Assembly (NCBI GenBank): GCA_965232515.1
Contig: CBDDPY010000002.1
Span: forward strand, 1,280,001-1,344,000
DNA length: 64,000 nt
Source: Alphaproteobacteria bacterium
GTDB lineage: Bacteria > Pseudomonadota > Alphaproteobacteria > GCA-2731375
Direction: 5' to 3'
Shown: positions 1 through 9,977 of the stretch, one piece after another
Layout: every line of letters starts with the position of its first letter
Numbering within the stretch: the stretch's first letter is position 1
Made by a program: the position numbers and the translations under genes
The notes under the pieces: model-generated
Told to the model about the DNA's origin: nothing
The model's input: the letters and a program-made list of their open reading frames with translations, nothing else
The model's database searches: none

Positions 1-1
1 G

Positions 2-937
2 GTTGACCAGCACGGGGGTCTCGTCGCTGAGCGTGTTGAGGCGGTCGAGCGAGACGTCGACGCCGACGCGGCGCGCGATGGCGGTCAGGTGGATGATGGC
101 GTTGGTCGAGCCGCCGACGGCGAGCAGCACGCGCAGCGCGTTCTCGACCGATTTGGCCGTCATGATCCGCGAGGGACGCAGGTCCTGCGCGGCGGCGGCG
201 AGCGCCTGCATGCCGCTGGCCTCGGCGGCGCGCAGGCGGTCGGCATGCACGGCCGGGATCGCGGCGGTGCCGGGCAGCGCCATGCCCAGCGCCTCGGTGA
301 TGCAGGCCATGGTGCTGGCCGTGCCCATGACGGCGCAGGTGCCGGCGGTGGTGGCGAGGCCGCCCTCGATCTGCTCGATGCGGGCCTTGTCGATGCGGCC
401 GCCGCGGTATTCGCCCCACCAGCGCCGGCAATCGGTGCAGGCGCCCAGGCGCTCGCCGTCCTGGCGGTGGGTCAGCATCGGGCCGGCGATCAGGTACACC
501 GCCGGCAGGTCGGCGGACGCCGCGCCCATGAGCTGGGCCGGCACTGTTTTGTCGCAACCGCCCACCAGGACCACGGCGTCCATGGGCTGGGCCCGGATCA
601 TCTCCTCGGTGTCCATGGACATGAGGTTGCGGAACATCAGGCTGGTGGGCGAGAGATAGGGCTCGCCCAGCGAGATCGTCGGGAACTCGAGCGGCAGGCC
701 GCCCGCGGCCAGCACGCCGCGCTTTACCGCCTCGACCAGGTCGGGCAGGTGGCGGTGGCAGTTGTTGAAGCCGCTGTGGGTATTGGTGATGCCGACGACG
801 GGCCGGTCCAGCATGTCGGTGGAATAGCCCATCGAGCGGGCGAAGGAACGGCGCAGATAGAGCGAGAAGTCGCGGTCGCCGTAATTGGTCAGGCCGCGCC
901 GCAATCCGCGCGGTTCGTCGTTGTCGTTGCCGGCCAT
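2..937 (-). CDS. Dihydroxy-acid dehydratase (IlvD/Edd family), runs off the left edge (3' end missing)
   Basis: Not in the ORF track. Manual translation from ATG at 937 (GGAGGAG upstream) gives MAGNDNDEPRGLRRGLTNYGD...FNNCHRH...EFPTISLGE...RNLMSMDTEEMIRAQPMDAVVLVGGCDKTVPAQLMGAAS; the GGCDKT motif is typical of the family. Confidence 0.9.
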   Translation of the reverse strand, partial: MAGNDNDEPRGLRRGLTNYGDRDFSLYLRRSFARSMGYSTDMLDRPVVGITNTHSGFNNCHRHLPDLVEAVKRGVLAAGGLPLEFPTISLGEPYLSPTSLMFRNLMSMDTEEMIRAQPMDAVVLVGGCDKTVPAQLMGAASADLPAVYLIAGPMLTHRQDGERLGACTDCRRWWGEYRGGRIDKARIEQIEGGLATTAGTCAVMGTASTMACITEALGMALPGTAAIPAVHADRLRAAEASGMQALAAAAQDLRPSRIMTAKSVENALRVLLAVGGSTNAIIHLTAIARRVGVDVSLDRLNTLSDETPVLVN

Positions 938-1016
938 GTCGCTCTCCTCCCGCCCGCTAGGCAGCATCCATGAGCCGTTTATACTATGCGCCGCGCGGGA
1001 CAGGGGAGTGCGGGAC

Positions 1017-3026
1017 ATGCGGGTAGGCGTCGAGGTCGGCGGCACGTTCACGGATCTGGTCGCCATCGAGGGCGGCCGGGTGCGCATCGCCAAGGTGCCG
1101 AGCACGCCCGCCCGGCCGGACGAGGGCGCGCTGGCGGCGTTGACGGCGGGCGATATCGCGCTGGACCAGGTGAGCGACCTGGTACACGGCTCGACCGTCG
1201 CCACCAACGCCATCCTGGAGCGCAAGGGCGCGCCGGTGGCGTTCTTCGTCACAAAAGGCTTTCGCGATCTGCTGCTGCTGCAGCGGCATAACCGGCGGCA
1301 GATCTACGACCTGTTCTACGTCAAGCCGCGGCCGGTGGTGGCGCGGCGCGACAGCTTCGAGATCGACGAGCGGGTTGACGGCGACGGGAACGTCATCACC
1401 GCCATGGACGAGGCGGCGGCGGCCGAGCGAATCGAGGCGGTGCTGGGTTCGGGCCGATACCGCGCAGTGGCGATCTGCCTGCTGAACGCGTTCGCCAACC
1501 CGGCCCACGAGGAGGCGCTGGAACGGTTGATCAACGAACGTTTTCCGGACCTGGCGGTGACGCGTTCGACGCAGGTGACGCGGGAGTTTCGCGAATTCGA
1601 GCGCGCTTCGACGACGACGCTGGCCGCCTATGTACAGCCGGTGATCGACAGCTACCTGACGCGCTTCGAGACGAGCCTGGGCGACGGCGGCTTCGATGGC
1701 CGCTTCTCGGTCATGCAGTCGAACGGCGGCCGGCTTCCGGCGGAAGGCATGTCGAAGAACGCCATCACCTCGCTGTTCTCCGGGCCGGCGGCGGGCGTGA
1801 TCGGCGCGGCGCGGCAGGCCGGCCTGTCGGGGTTCGAGAACATCATCACGCTCGACATGGGCGGCACCAGCACCGATGTCTGCCTGGTGGCGGACGGCAA
1901 GCCGCATCTCGCCGGCGAGACCGAGGTCGACGGTCTGCCGATCCGCACACCGGTGCTGGACATCGTCACGGTGGGCGCCGGCGGCGGCTCCATCGTCTGG
2001 GTCGACGACGGCGGCATGCTGCGGGTCGGCCCGGAAAGCGCCGGGGCCGAGCCGGGTCCGGCCTGCTATGGCCGCGGCGGCGAAGCGCCGACGATCACGG
2101 ACGCGCATATGATCCGCGGCTCGCTCCGGGCGGAGGCGTTTCTGGGCGGACGCATGGCGGTCGACGCCGGGGCCGCGCGCACAGCCTTCGCGCAACTCGC
2201 CGAGCGGTTCGAGATGTCGCCCGAGGAAGCGGCCGACAGCGCGGTACGGATCGCCGATTCCAATATCGTCGGCGCCATTCAGCTGGTCTCGACCGAGCGC
2301 GGGCGGGACCCGCGCGACTATGTGCTGGTGCCGTTCGGCGGGGCGGGGCCGCTGCACGCGGCGCGGGTTGCGGAAGCCCTGGAAATCGCGACGATCTGCG
2401 TGCCGCCGAACGCCGGCGTGCTGTCGGCCTTCGGCCTGCTGGCCGCCGACTATGTGCAGTACGAGACGCGCACGCGGCGGGTGCCGGTCGACGCCGACGC
2501 GCCCGAGACCGTGCGCGCGCAGTTCGCCGAGATGGCGGCCGACGCGCGGCGGAATTTCGCCGCCCTCGGCATCACCGGGGATTTGAAACTCAGCCACACG
2601 CTCGACATGCGCTATGTCGGTCAGGCCTTCGAGGTGCCGGTGGAACTCGATGAGGACGCGCTGGCGGGCCTCACGGCCGACTCGCTGCTGGCGGCGTTCA
2701 ACGCAGCGCACCACCGGGTGTTCGAGTTCGGCGACGCCGGTGGCAACAACGCCGAGATCGTCTCGTTCCGGCTCGGCGTCGCGGCGGCGCCGGGCGACGT
2801 GCCGTCGCTGGCGGAAGAACGTGAAGCTGTCGCGACCGGCGAGACGACCGTGTTCGACGGCGGTGAAGCGCTGAGTTGCCGTTTGATGGCGCGCGGCGAC
2901 TTCGGCGGCGAGACGCTGGCCGGGCCGCTGCTGGTCGAGGACGCGACCTCGACGATCTACGTGCCGAAGGGCTGGCGCGCCGATGTCGACGCCTGCGATA
3001 ATCTGATCATGCGGAGAGAGGAATAA
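1017..3026 (+). CDS. Hydantoinase/5-oxoprolinase family, A (ATP-binding) subunit
   Basis: Motifs GVEVGGTFTD, HGSTVATNAILER, SGPAAGV, DMGGTSTDV, GAGGGSI, FGGAGPLHA. Start moved to ATG 1017. Confidence 0.9.
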   Translation: MRVGVEVGGTFTDLVAIEGGRVRIAKVPSTPARPDEGALAALTAGDIALDQVSDLVHGSTVATNAILERKGAPVAFFVTKGFRDLLLLQRHNRRQIYDLFYVKPRPVVARRDSFEIDERVDGDGNVITAMDEAAAAERIEAVLGSGRYRAVAICLLNAFANPAHEEALERLINERFPDLAVTRSTQVTREFREFERASTTTLAAYVQPVIDSYLTRFETSLGDGGFDGRFSVMQSNGGRLPAEGMSKNAITSLFSGPAAGVIGAARQAGLSGFENIITLDMGGTSTDVCLVADGKPHLAGETEVDGLPIRTPVLDIVTVGAGGGSIVWVDDGGMLRVGPESAGAEPGPACYGRGGEAPTITDAHMIRGSLRAEAFLGGRMAVDAGAARTAFAQLAERFEMSPEEAADSAVRIADSNIVGAIQLVSTERGRDPRDYVLVPFGGAGPLHAARVAEALEIATICVPPNAGVLSAFGLLAADYVQYETRTRRVPVDADAPETVRAQFAEMAADARRNFAALGITGDLKLSHTLDMRYVGQAFEVPVELDEDALAGLTADSLLAAFNAAHHRVFEFGDAGGNNAEIVSFRLGVAAAPGDVPSLAEEREAVATGETTVFDGGEALSCRLMARGDFGGETLAGPLLVEDATSTIYVPKGWRADVDACDNLIMRREE

Positions 3027-3030
3027 CGCC

Positions 3031-4686
3031 ATGGCCGTGAACCCGGTCGACCAGGCCGTGATCGCGCAAGGGCTGATCGCGGCGGCGCGCGAGATGGGCG
3101 TGAAGCTGGTGCGCTCGGCCTATTCGCCCGTCGTGCGCGAGGCGAACGATTGCTCGGCGGCGCTGCTCGACCGGCACGGCAACGTGGTGGCGCAGGCCGA
3201 GCTGATCCCCATGCAGCTCGGGCCGATCGGCACGACGTTCGCGCCTTGCGCCGAGCTTTATCCGCCAGAGACGCTGGAAGAGGGCGATTTCTACATCAAC
3301 AACGATCCCTATCACGGCGGCCAGCACATCCCTGATGTGTTCCTGTTCTCGCCGATTTTCGTGGACGGCGCGCTGGTCGGCTTCTCGGCGACGGTGGCGC
3401 ATCACCTCGATCTCGGCGGCGGCGCGCCGGGCCTGAACCCGGAGGCGACCGACATCCACCAGGAAGGCATCGTCTTCCCGCCGAGTAAGTACAACCTGCA
3501 CCGCGACTGGCACGGCGGGCCGTTCGAGCGGCTGGTGCGCGCCAACATCCGCGTTCCGGAGCAGACCATTGGCGACTTCAACGCCCAGTTCGCGGCGAAC
3601 GCCGCCGGCGCCCGGCGCGTGCAGGGGCTCTGCGCCAAGTTCGGAGCCGAGACCGTGATGGCGGCGATGGACGAGTTGCTGGCCTATTCCGAGCGACGCA
3701 TGCGGGCCGCGATCCGCCAGGTGCCAAACGGCGTTTACCACGGCGAGGACGCGCTGGATGACAACGGGGTCAACGACACGCCGCTGCCGGTGCGGGCGAC
3801 GGTGACGGTCGAGGACGAGACCATCGCGGTCGATTTCACCGGCACGTCAGATCAGGTGAAGACCAACCTGAACTGTCCGTTCGCGTCAACCATCGCGGCG
3901 GCACTGTCGTGCGTGAAGTCGGTCGTGACCAGCCCCGACATCCCCTTCAACGAGGGCAGCAAGCGACCGATCACGGTGACGGCGCCCTATGGCAGCCTGC
4001 TCAATCCGAAGCCGCCGGCGCCGGTCAGGGCGCGCATGCTGTCGGGCTATCGCACGTTCAACGCCACCATGAAGGCGCTGGCGCAGGCGGTGCCGGATAA
4101 AGTGATCGCGGCCGGCTTCGACAGCACCGAGGTGGTGTGCCTCAGCCATTTGGGCGACGACGGCTATCGGATTTACTTGGAGATCTTCGGCGGCGGCTAT
4201 GGCGCCAGCGCCCGGGCCGACGGCTGCGACGCGGTCGACAGCCCGCTGTCGAACTGCGGCAACGTGCCGGTGGAAGCAACCGACATGGAATACGACTTCT
4301 TCCGGATCAGCGACTACAGCCTGCGCAACGATTCCGGCGGCGCCGGCAGGTATCGCGGCGGCCTCGGCTTCTGCCGGGAATACGAGATCCTGAAGGACGG
4401 CGTCACCTTCGCCACCTATTCGGACCGTTTCCGGGTGCCGCCCGAAGGGCTGTTCGGCGGCGACGTGGGCGCGCTCGCGTCGACGCACGTGATCCGCGAC
4501 GGCGAGACCATCCCGCTGTCGTCGAAACAGAGCTTCGAATTGCGCCAAGGCGACCGCCTGGTGATGCTGACCGGCGGCGGCGCCGGCTACGGGGATCCGG
4601 CCGAACGCCGGCAGGACCTGATCGACGACGACGTCGACCAGGGCTTCGTCAGCCCGCCCGGCCCCGGCCGCCAGGCCGCGGAGTAG
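3031..4686 (+). CDS. Hydantoinase B/oxoprolinase family subunit
   Basis: Motifs RSAYSPVVRE, NDPYHGGQHIPD, HHLDLGG, DSGGAGRYRGG, GGGAGYGDP; directly follows the A subunit. Confidence 0.9.
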   Translation: MAVNPVDQAVIAQGLIAAAREMGVKLVRSAYSPVVREANDCSAALLDRHGNVVAQAELIPMQLGPIGTTFAPCAELYPPETLEEGDFYINNDPYHGGQHIPDVFLFSPIFVDGALVGFSATVAHHLDLGGGAPGLNPEATDIHQEGIVFPPSKYNLHRDWHGGPFERLVRANIRVPEQTIGDFNAQFAANAAGARRVQGLCAKFGAETVMAAMDELLAYSERRMRAAIRQVPNGVYHGEDALDDNGVNDTPLPVRATVTVEDETIAVDFTGTSDQVKTNLNCPFASTIAAALSCVKSVVTSPDIPFNEGSKRPITVTAPYGSLLNPKPPAPVRARMLSGYRTFNATMKALAQAVPDKVIAAGFDSTEVVCLSHLGDDGYRIYLEIFGGGYGASARADGCDAVDSPLSNCGNVPVEATDMEYDFFRISDYSLRNDSGGAGRYRGGLGFCREYEILKDGVTFATYSDRFRVPPEGLFGGDVGALASTHVIRDGETIPLSSKQSFELRQGDRLVMLTGGGAGYGDPAERRQDLIDDDVDQGFVSPPGPGRQAAE

Positions 4687-4690
4687 GCGC

Positions 4691-5155
4691 GTGGCCGACA
4701 TCGACGAACCGACGCCGGCGCTGACGCCGAAAGAAGCCGAGCGCACGATCATCGAAAACCTGCCGCCGGTCGACCATCACGGCGAGATCGTCGAGGCGGT
4801 GGGGCCGGATTCGATCCGCGTGCGGCTGCCGTTCGATCCCAAGTTCGTCGGCGCCGAGCCCTGGCAGGACGGCAGCGGCCAGGTGTTCTCCGGCCCCATG
4901 GTCATGGGCTTCGCCGACACGGCAATGTATTGCTGCGTGATGGCGGCGATGGGCCGGGGGGTGATCCCGGTGATGGTGAACTTCAACATCAATTTCGTGC
5001 GCCCGGCCCAGGCCCGCGACCTGATCGCCGAGGCCCGCATCGTCCGCCGCGGTGGCCGGCTGCACTACCTCGAATGCTGGCTGACCTCCGACGGCGACCC
5101 CGACCCCTGCGCCCACATCACCTCCACCTATCGCGTCTCGCGGCGAGATCGGTAG
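4691..5155 (+). CDS. PaaI-family (hotdog-fold) thioesterase
   Basis: SGPMVMGFADTAM and NINFVRPA patterns; 154 aa; 4 bp after the B subunit. Confidence 0.75.
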   Translation: MADIDEPTPALTPKEAERTIIENLPPVDHHGEIVEAVGPDSIRVRLPFDPKFVGAEPWQDGSGQVFSGPMVMGFADTAMYCCVMAAMGRGVIPVMVNFNINFVRPAQARDLIAEARIVRRGGRLHYLECWLTSDGDPDPCAHITSTYRVSRRDR

Positions 5156-5199
5156 GCAGGGCAACGGATGACACGGTCCGCGACCATGCAGCCTGACTG

Positions 5200-5293
5200 G
5201 TCATCCTGGCGAAGGCCAGGATCCAGCGGCACTAACGCCCGCCTTAGTCGCGCACCGGAAAGGCCCATGGATGCTGGCCTGCGCCAGCATGAC
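5200..5293. repeat. REP-like palindrome doublet (CGTC/GTCAT-tagged, short subfamily)
   Basis: GTCATCCTGGCGAAGGCCAGGATCCA (5200-5225) and inverted TGGATGCTGGCCTGCGCCAGCATGAC (5268-5293); near-identical to the reverse complement of the units at 27097-27182. Confidence 0.85.
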
Positions 5294-5374
5294 AAGTTGG
5301 GTTGGGCCGGATGGGCTTCGCCCCCGCACAGTCTTTGAGAAACCAGTAGTCAGTTCACAGCGAGTATTTCGGGC

Positions 5375-7432
5375 ATGACGTCACTTTCCGGTCCCGTGCG
5401 GATCGCCGTCGATATCGGCGGCACGTTTACGGATTTGCAGGTCCTGGAGGAGGCGAGCGGACGGACGTTGGCGTTCAAGACGCCGACGACACCGGCCGAT
5501 CCGTCGGAAGGGTTGATGGCGGGCATTGCCGGTGCGGCGGACGCGTTTGGATTCGGGTTGGATCAGGTGTCGGGGCTGATGCACGGCACGACGATCGCGA
5601 CCAACGCTGTCTTGGAGCGCAAGCTGCCGGTGGGGGCGCTGGTGACGACGTCAGGCTTCGAGGACGTGCTGGAGATCGGCCGGCACGTGCGGAAAGAGGT
5701 CTACGGCATGCGGGCCGAGCCGCGCACGCTGCTGATCGAGCGGGCGAACCGGTTCGGCGTGCCGGAGCGCATGACGGCGCGCGGCACGGTCGAGCGGGCG
5801 CTGGACGAGGCGGACGCCCGGCGCGTGGCGGACGCTATTGCCGCGACCGGGGCGGAGGTGGTGGCGGTCTGTCTGCTGCATGCTTACGCCAATGCGGCGC
5901 ACGAGCAGCGGCTGGGCGAGATCATCGCCGAGCGTTGCGGCAACGTCTTCGTCTCGCTGTCGAGCACGGTGAGCCCGGAGATCCGCGAGTTCGAGCGCAC
6001 CTCGACCACGGTATTGAACGCGCTGCTGATGCCCGTCGTCGGGCGATATCTGGCGCGGCTGCGGGGGCGGATGACGGAGGCCGGCTTCGCGGCCCCGGTC
6101 TATCTGGTGCAGTCGAACGGCGGCGTCACCACGCCCGAGATCGCCGCCGAGCAGCCGGCGCGGCTGCTGCTGTCGGGGCCGAGCGGTGGGGCGCTGGCGG
6201 CCGAGACCATTGCCAAGCATCTGAGCGAGCCGAATTTGATCGCCGTCGACATGGGCGGCACCAGCTTCGACGTCTCGATCGTGCATGACGGCCGCACGCG
6301 GATCGTGACGCAGGGTGAGGTCGACGACTGTCCGGTTCGCCTGCCGATGGTCGAGATCCGCACCATCGGCGCGGGCGGTGGTTCGATCGCCTGGACCGAT
6401 ACCGCCGGCAGCCTGCAGGTCGGGCCGCAGTCGGCCGGCGCCGATCCGGGGCCGGTGACCTATGGCCGCGGCGGGTCCGAGCCGACGGTGACGGACGCCA
6501 ACGTGGCGCTAGGCCGCATCGATCCGGATTACTTCCTGGGCGGCGCCATGCGGCTTGACGCCGAGGCCGCGCGGGCGGCGCTGCAGGCGCGCATCGCCGG
6601 GCCGCTGTCTTTAGGGCTGGAGGAGGCGGCGGAAGGCATTCTCAAGGTGGCGACGGCGCATATGGCGACGGCGATCCGGCTGAGCCTGTTCGAGAAGGGG
6701 CTGGACCCGAAGGACTTCGCGCTGGTCTCGTTCGGCGGCGCCGGCGGCCTGCACGCGGTCGACGTGGCCGTCGAGCTGGGCGCGACACGGGTGATCTTCC
6801 CGCGCGATCCCGGCACGCTCAGCGCCTGGGGCATGCTGTTCGCCGATGTGGCGCACGATCTCGCCGCCGCGAGGCTGCTGCCGGCGGCGCCGGAATCGGT
6901 GCCGGCGCTGGCCGAGATGGCGGCGCGCCTCACGGCCGAGGGCGCGGGCCTGCTGGCGCGCGACGGCGTCGCCGAGGTGCAGCGGGACTATCGTCTCGCC
7001 GCCGACCTGCGCTATCGCGGCCAAGCCTACGAGATCATGGTGCCCTGGCCGGGCGAGGCGGTCGACGTGGACGGGCTTGCCGGCGCCGTACGCGACTTCC
7101 ACGCGCTGCATATGGCGCAATACGCGCACGCCGACGCGGACGCCGTGCCGGAAATCGTGGCGCTGCGGCTGACGGCCTTGGGCCGGCTCGCGAAGCCGGT
7201 GGAGCGGCCGTTCGATGCGGCGGGCGCAGGCGGGCCGAAAGGTCAGCGACGGCTCTACATCGACGGTGCTTGGCAGAAGGCCGCGGTCTACGATCGGGAA
7301 ACCCTGCCGGCGGCGGCCGAGATCGCCGGCCCGGCCATCGTCGAGGAGGCGCACTCAACCATTCTGCTGCCCGCCGGCTGGACGCTCACCGTTGCCAACA
7401 CCGGCGATCTGCTGGCGACAGCCGAGACATAG
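5375..7432 (+). CDS. Hydantoinase/5-oxoprolinase family, A subunit (second copy)
   Basis: Motifs AVDIGGTFTD, HGTTIATNAVLER, SGPSGG, DMGGTSFDV, GAGGGSIA, FGGAGGLHA. Confidence 0.9.
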   Translation: MTSLSGPVRIAVDIGGTFTDLQVLEEASGRTLAFKTPTTPADPSEGLMAGIAGAADAFGFGLDQVSGLMHGTTIATNAVLERKLPVGALVTTSGFEDVLEIGRHVRKEVYGMRAEPRTLLIERANRFGVPERMTARGTVERALDEADARRVADAIAATGAEVVAVCLLHAYANAAHEQRLGEIIAERCGNVFVSLSSTVSPEIREFERTSTTVLNALLMPVVGRYLARLRGRMTEAGFAAPVYLVQSNGGVTTPEIAAEQPARLLLSGPSGGALAAETIAKHLSEPNLIAVDMGGTSFDVSIVHDGRTRIVTQGEVDDCPVRLPMVEIRTIGAGGGSIAWTDTAGSLQVGPQSAGADPGPVTYGRGGSEPTVTDANVALGRIDPDYFLGGAMRLDAEAARAALQARIAGPLSLGLEEAAEGILKVATAHMATAIRLSLFEKGLDPKDFALVSFGGAGGLHAVDVAVELGATRVIFPRDPGTLSAWGMLFADVAHDLAAARLLPAAPESVPALAEMAARLTAEGAGLLARDGVAEVQRDYRLAADLRYRGQAYEIMVPWPGEAVDVDGLAGAVRDFHALHMAQYAHADADAVPEIVALRLTALGRLAKPVERPFDAAGAGGPKGQRRLYIDGAWQKAAVYDRETLPAAAEIAGPAIVEEAHSTILLPAGWTLTVANTGDLLATAET

Positions 7433-7444
7433 CCGCCGATGCCG

Positions 7445-7533
7445 CTGGATGCCCGTGTCAAGCACGGGCATGACGAAAAGGGTGTCGAATGTTGCCTCTC
7501 TTCGTCATTGCCGGACTTGATCCGGCAATCCAG
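7445..7533. repeat. REP-like palindrome doublet (CGTC-tagged, long subfamily)
   Basis: CTGGATGCCCGTGTCAAGCACGGGCATGACG (7445-7475), 27-nt spacer, CGTCATTGCCGGACTTGATCCGGCAATCCAG (7503-7533); lies between convergent genes. Confidence 0.85.
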
Positions 7534-7561
7534 GACTTCGAGCGAGGCGCAGTCAGAATCT

Positions 7562-8098
7562 TTAGCCCCCGAGCGGCTTGTCCATGCGGATCGCGGCGAC
7601 GGCGGTGCCGTCGGGCAGGTCGATGTCGAAACGTTCGCGGACCGTGTAGCCGAGCGCCTGGTACAGCGGCTCGCCGGTGACGGTCGCGATCAGCGCCGCC
7701 TGGCGGCTGCCGGCCTCGCGGGCACAGGCCTCGAGGAAGGCCATGATGCGGCTGGCGATGCCGCGGCGGGCCCAGTCGGGATGTACGAAGATGGCGCGCA
7801 TGAGCGCCGCCGTGTCGTCAGACCCCGCGGCCGCTTTGTCGGCCGAGGTGCGAAATCCGGGCGCGCGGCGGGTCCAGCCGCCGCAACCTACGAGCGTGCC
7901 GGCGATTTCGGCAACGAAGTAGCTGCGGTCGGCGATCAGGTTGGGATCGACGGTGACGATGTATCGCAGGCAGGACTCGATTTGCGCGGCCGTGTAATCA
8001 TTGCCGCCAAGCTCGCGCATCGAGCGGTCGTACAGCGCCTGGAGCGCGGCCGTATCGGCCGGTTCGGCGGTGCGGATTTGGATATCGTCGACACGCAT
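7562..8098 (-). CDS. GNAT-family N-acetyltransferase
   Basis: Acetyl-CoA motif FVHPDWARRGIAS; C-terminal GEPLYQALGY. Confidence 0.85.
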   Translation of the reverse strand: MRVDDIQIRTAEPADTAALQALYDRSMRELGGNDYTAAQIESCLRYIVTVDPNLIADRSYFVAEIAGTLVGCGGWTRRAPGFRTSADKAAAGSDDTAALMRAIFVHPDWARRGIASRIMAFLEACAREAGSRQAALIATVTGEPLYQALGYTVRERFDIDLPDGTAVAAIRMDKPLGG

Positions 8099-8262
8099 GG
8101 TCTCACCCTCTCAACTGCACGGATCGGTCGGGTGCGGCGCGACGCGATACAACAGCCGCTTGAATTAGCGGGCGCGAGCTTCAGGCCGATGTCGCGCCCG
8201 CTGGCGTTTGTAACTATTGTTTCGGGGCCGGCCGGGGCCGGCGGCAAGGAAAGTGGCGTGGC

Positions 8263-9948
8263 ATGACCGATCTGAACCCGATCCAGCTTGAGATCATCCG
8301 CAACGCGCTGGTGGCGGCGGCCGAGGAGATGAGCGTGACGATCTGGCGCACCAGCCGGTCGTCCGTGGTGCGCGAGATCCTGGACTACTCGACCTGCGTG
8401 TTCGACGCGGACGGGTTGAGCGTCGCCCAGGCCGCGCGCATGCCGGTGCATCTGAACTCGATGGCGAGCTGTCTCACCGACGTGATCGCGCATCACCTGC
8501 CGCTCGACCAGTGGGCCGACGGCGACGTGGTCGTGACCAACGATCCCTATTGCGGCGGCCAGCATCTGTCGGACATCCAGACCTTCATGCCGGTGTTCCT
8601 GGACGGAAGGCGTATCGCCATCGCCGGCATCCTGGTGCATCACCTGGACGTCGGCGGCGGCGCGCCCGGCAGCTACGACGCGACCGCGACCGAGATCTAT
8701 CAGGAGGGTTTCCGCATCCCACCGCTGAAGGTGGTGGACGCAGGCCGGCGCAACGAAGCAGTGATCAAGCTGCTCTTGCAGAACACGCGCGAGCCCGAGA
8801 ATGTCGGTGGCGACTTCAATTCGCAGCTCGCGGCCTTGAGCGTGGGCGCGGCGAACCTGCGGCGGGTCGGCGAGCGCTACGGCGCCGACACGCTGGCCGC
8901 CGCCTGCACGGCGATCCAGGCGCAGTCGGAGCGGCGCATGCGGGCGGCCATCGCCGATGTCCCGGACGGGACCTATGACTTCGAGGACTTCGTCGACGAC
9001 GACGGCATCGAGGACAAGCCGATCCGCATCCACGCCAAGCTGGCGGTGACGGGCGAGGCGGTCGAGGTCGACCTGTCGGGCAGCGACCGGCAGGCCAAGG
9101 GACCGGTCAACTGCACGCTCAACATGACCAGCTCGGCCGTGATCTGCGGCGCCATGATGTCGATCGGCCAGGACATCCCGGCGAACGCCGGCTGCTACCG
9201 GCCGATCCGCATCGTCGCACCAGCCGGCACCGCGGTGAACGCGATCTCGCCGGCGCCGGTGGCGAACCGCATGGCCGTCGGTCACCGGGTGGTGAACGCG
9301 GTGATCGGCGCCTTCGCGCAGGCGCTGCCGGGGCGCATCGCGGCGGCGTACTACGGCGTGTCCTACGCCTATTCGCTGAACGCCATCAACGCGGACGGCT
9401 CGCGCCAGCTCTATTTCGATCTTGAGTGCGGCGGCTGGGGCGGTCATCCGGAGGAGGACGGCGCCAGCGCCTTCTCCTGCGGCTTCCACAACATCGCCAA
9501 CTCGCCGATCGAGATGATCGAGAACGATTATCCCGTCACCTTTACGCGTTACGGCCTGGCGCCAGATTCCGGCGGCGCGGGACGGCGGCGCGGCGGCCTC
9601 GGCCTGATCCGCGAATGGCGTGTGGACGCGCCGCAGGGCGAGTTCGCCGCCAACCTCGACCGCTTCCGCTTCCCGCCCACCGGCCTCGCCGACGGTGCGC
9701 CAGGCGGCGCCGGCCGCCTGACCCTCAAACGCGCCGGCGAGGGTCAGGAAGAGCCATTGGGATCAAAGGTTTCTGGCCTGATGCTGAACAAAGGCGACAG
9801 CATCCGGCTACAGACCTCGGGTGGCGGCGGTTACGGCGCCCCCGCCGACCGAGATCCAGCAGACATCGCCCGGGACCTGCGGCACGGCTATGTCAGCCGG
9901 GACGCGGCCCGCCAAGTCTATGGCCATTCGGACGCCGGCGATGACTGA
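8263..9948 (+). CDS. Hydantoinase B/oxoprolinase family subunit (second copy)
   Basis: Motifs LEIIRNAL, NDPYCGGQHLSD, HHLDVGG, DSGGAGRRRGG, GGGGYGAP. Confidence 0.9.
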   Translation: MTDLNPIQLEIIRNALVAAAEEMSVTIWRTSRSSVVREILDYSTCVFDADGLSVAQAARMPVHLNSMASCLTDVIAHHLPLDQWADGDVVVTNDPYCGGQHLSDIQTFMPVFLDGRRIAIAGILVHHLDVGGGAPGSYDATATEIYQEGFRIPPLKVVDAGRRNEAVIKLLLQNTREPENVGGDFNSQLAALSVGAANLRRVGERYGADTLAAACTAIQAQSERRMRAAIADVPDGTYDFEDFVDDDGIEDKPIRIHAKLAVTGEAVEVDLSGSDRQAKGPVNCTLNMTSSAVICGAMMSIGQDIPANAGCYRPIRIVAPAGTAVNAISPAPVANRMAVGHRVVNAVIGAFAQALPGRIAAAYYGVSYAYSLNAINADGSRQLYFDLECGGWGGHPEEDGASAFSCGFHNIANSPIEMIENDYPVTFTRYGLAPDSGGAGRRRGGLGLIREWRVDAPQGEFAANLDRFRFPPTGLADGAPGGAGRLTLKRAGEGQEEPLGSKVSGLMLNKGDSIRLQTSGGGGYGAPADRDPADIARDLRHGYVSRDAARQVYGHSDAGDD

Positions 9949-9977
9949 GGCCGCCTTTGTGATCGAGGAGTAACGCC

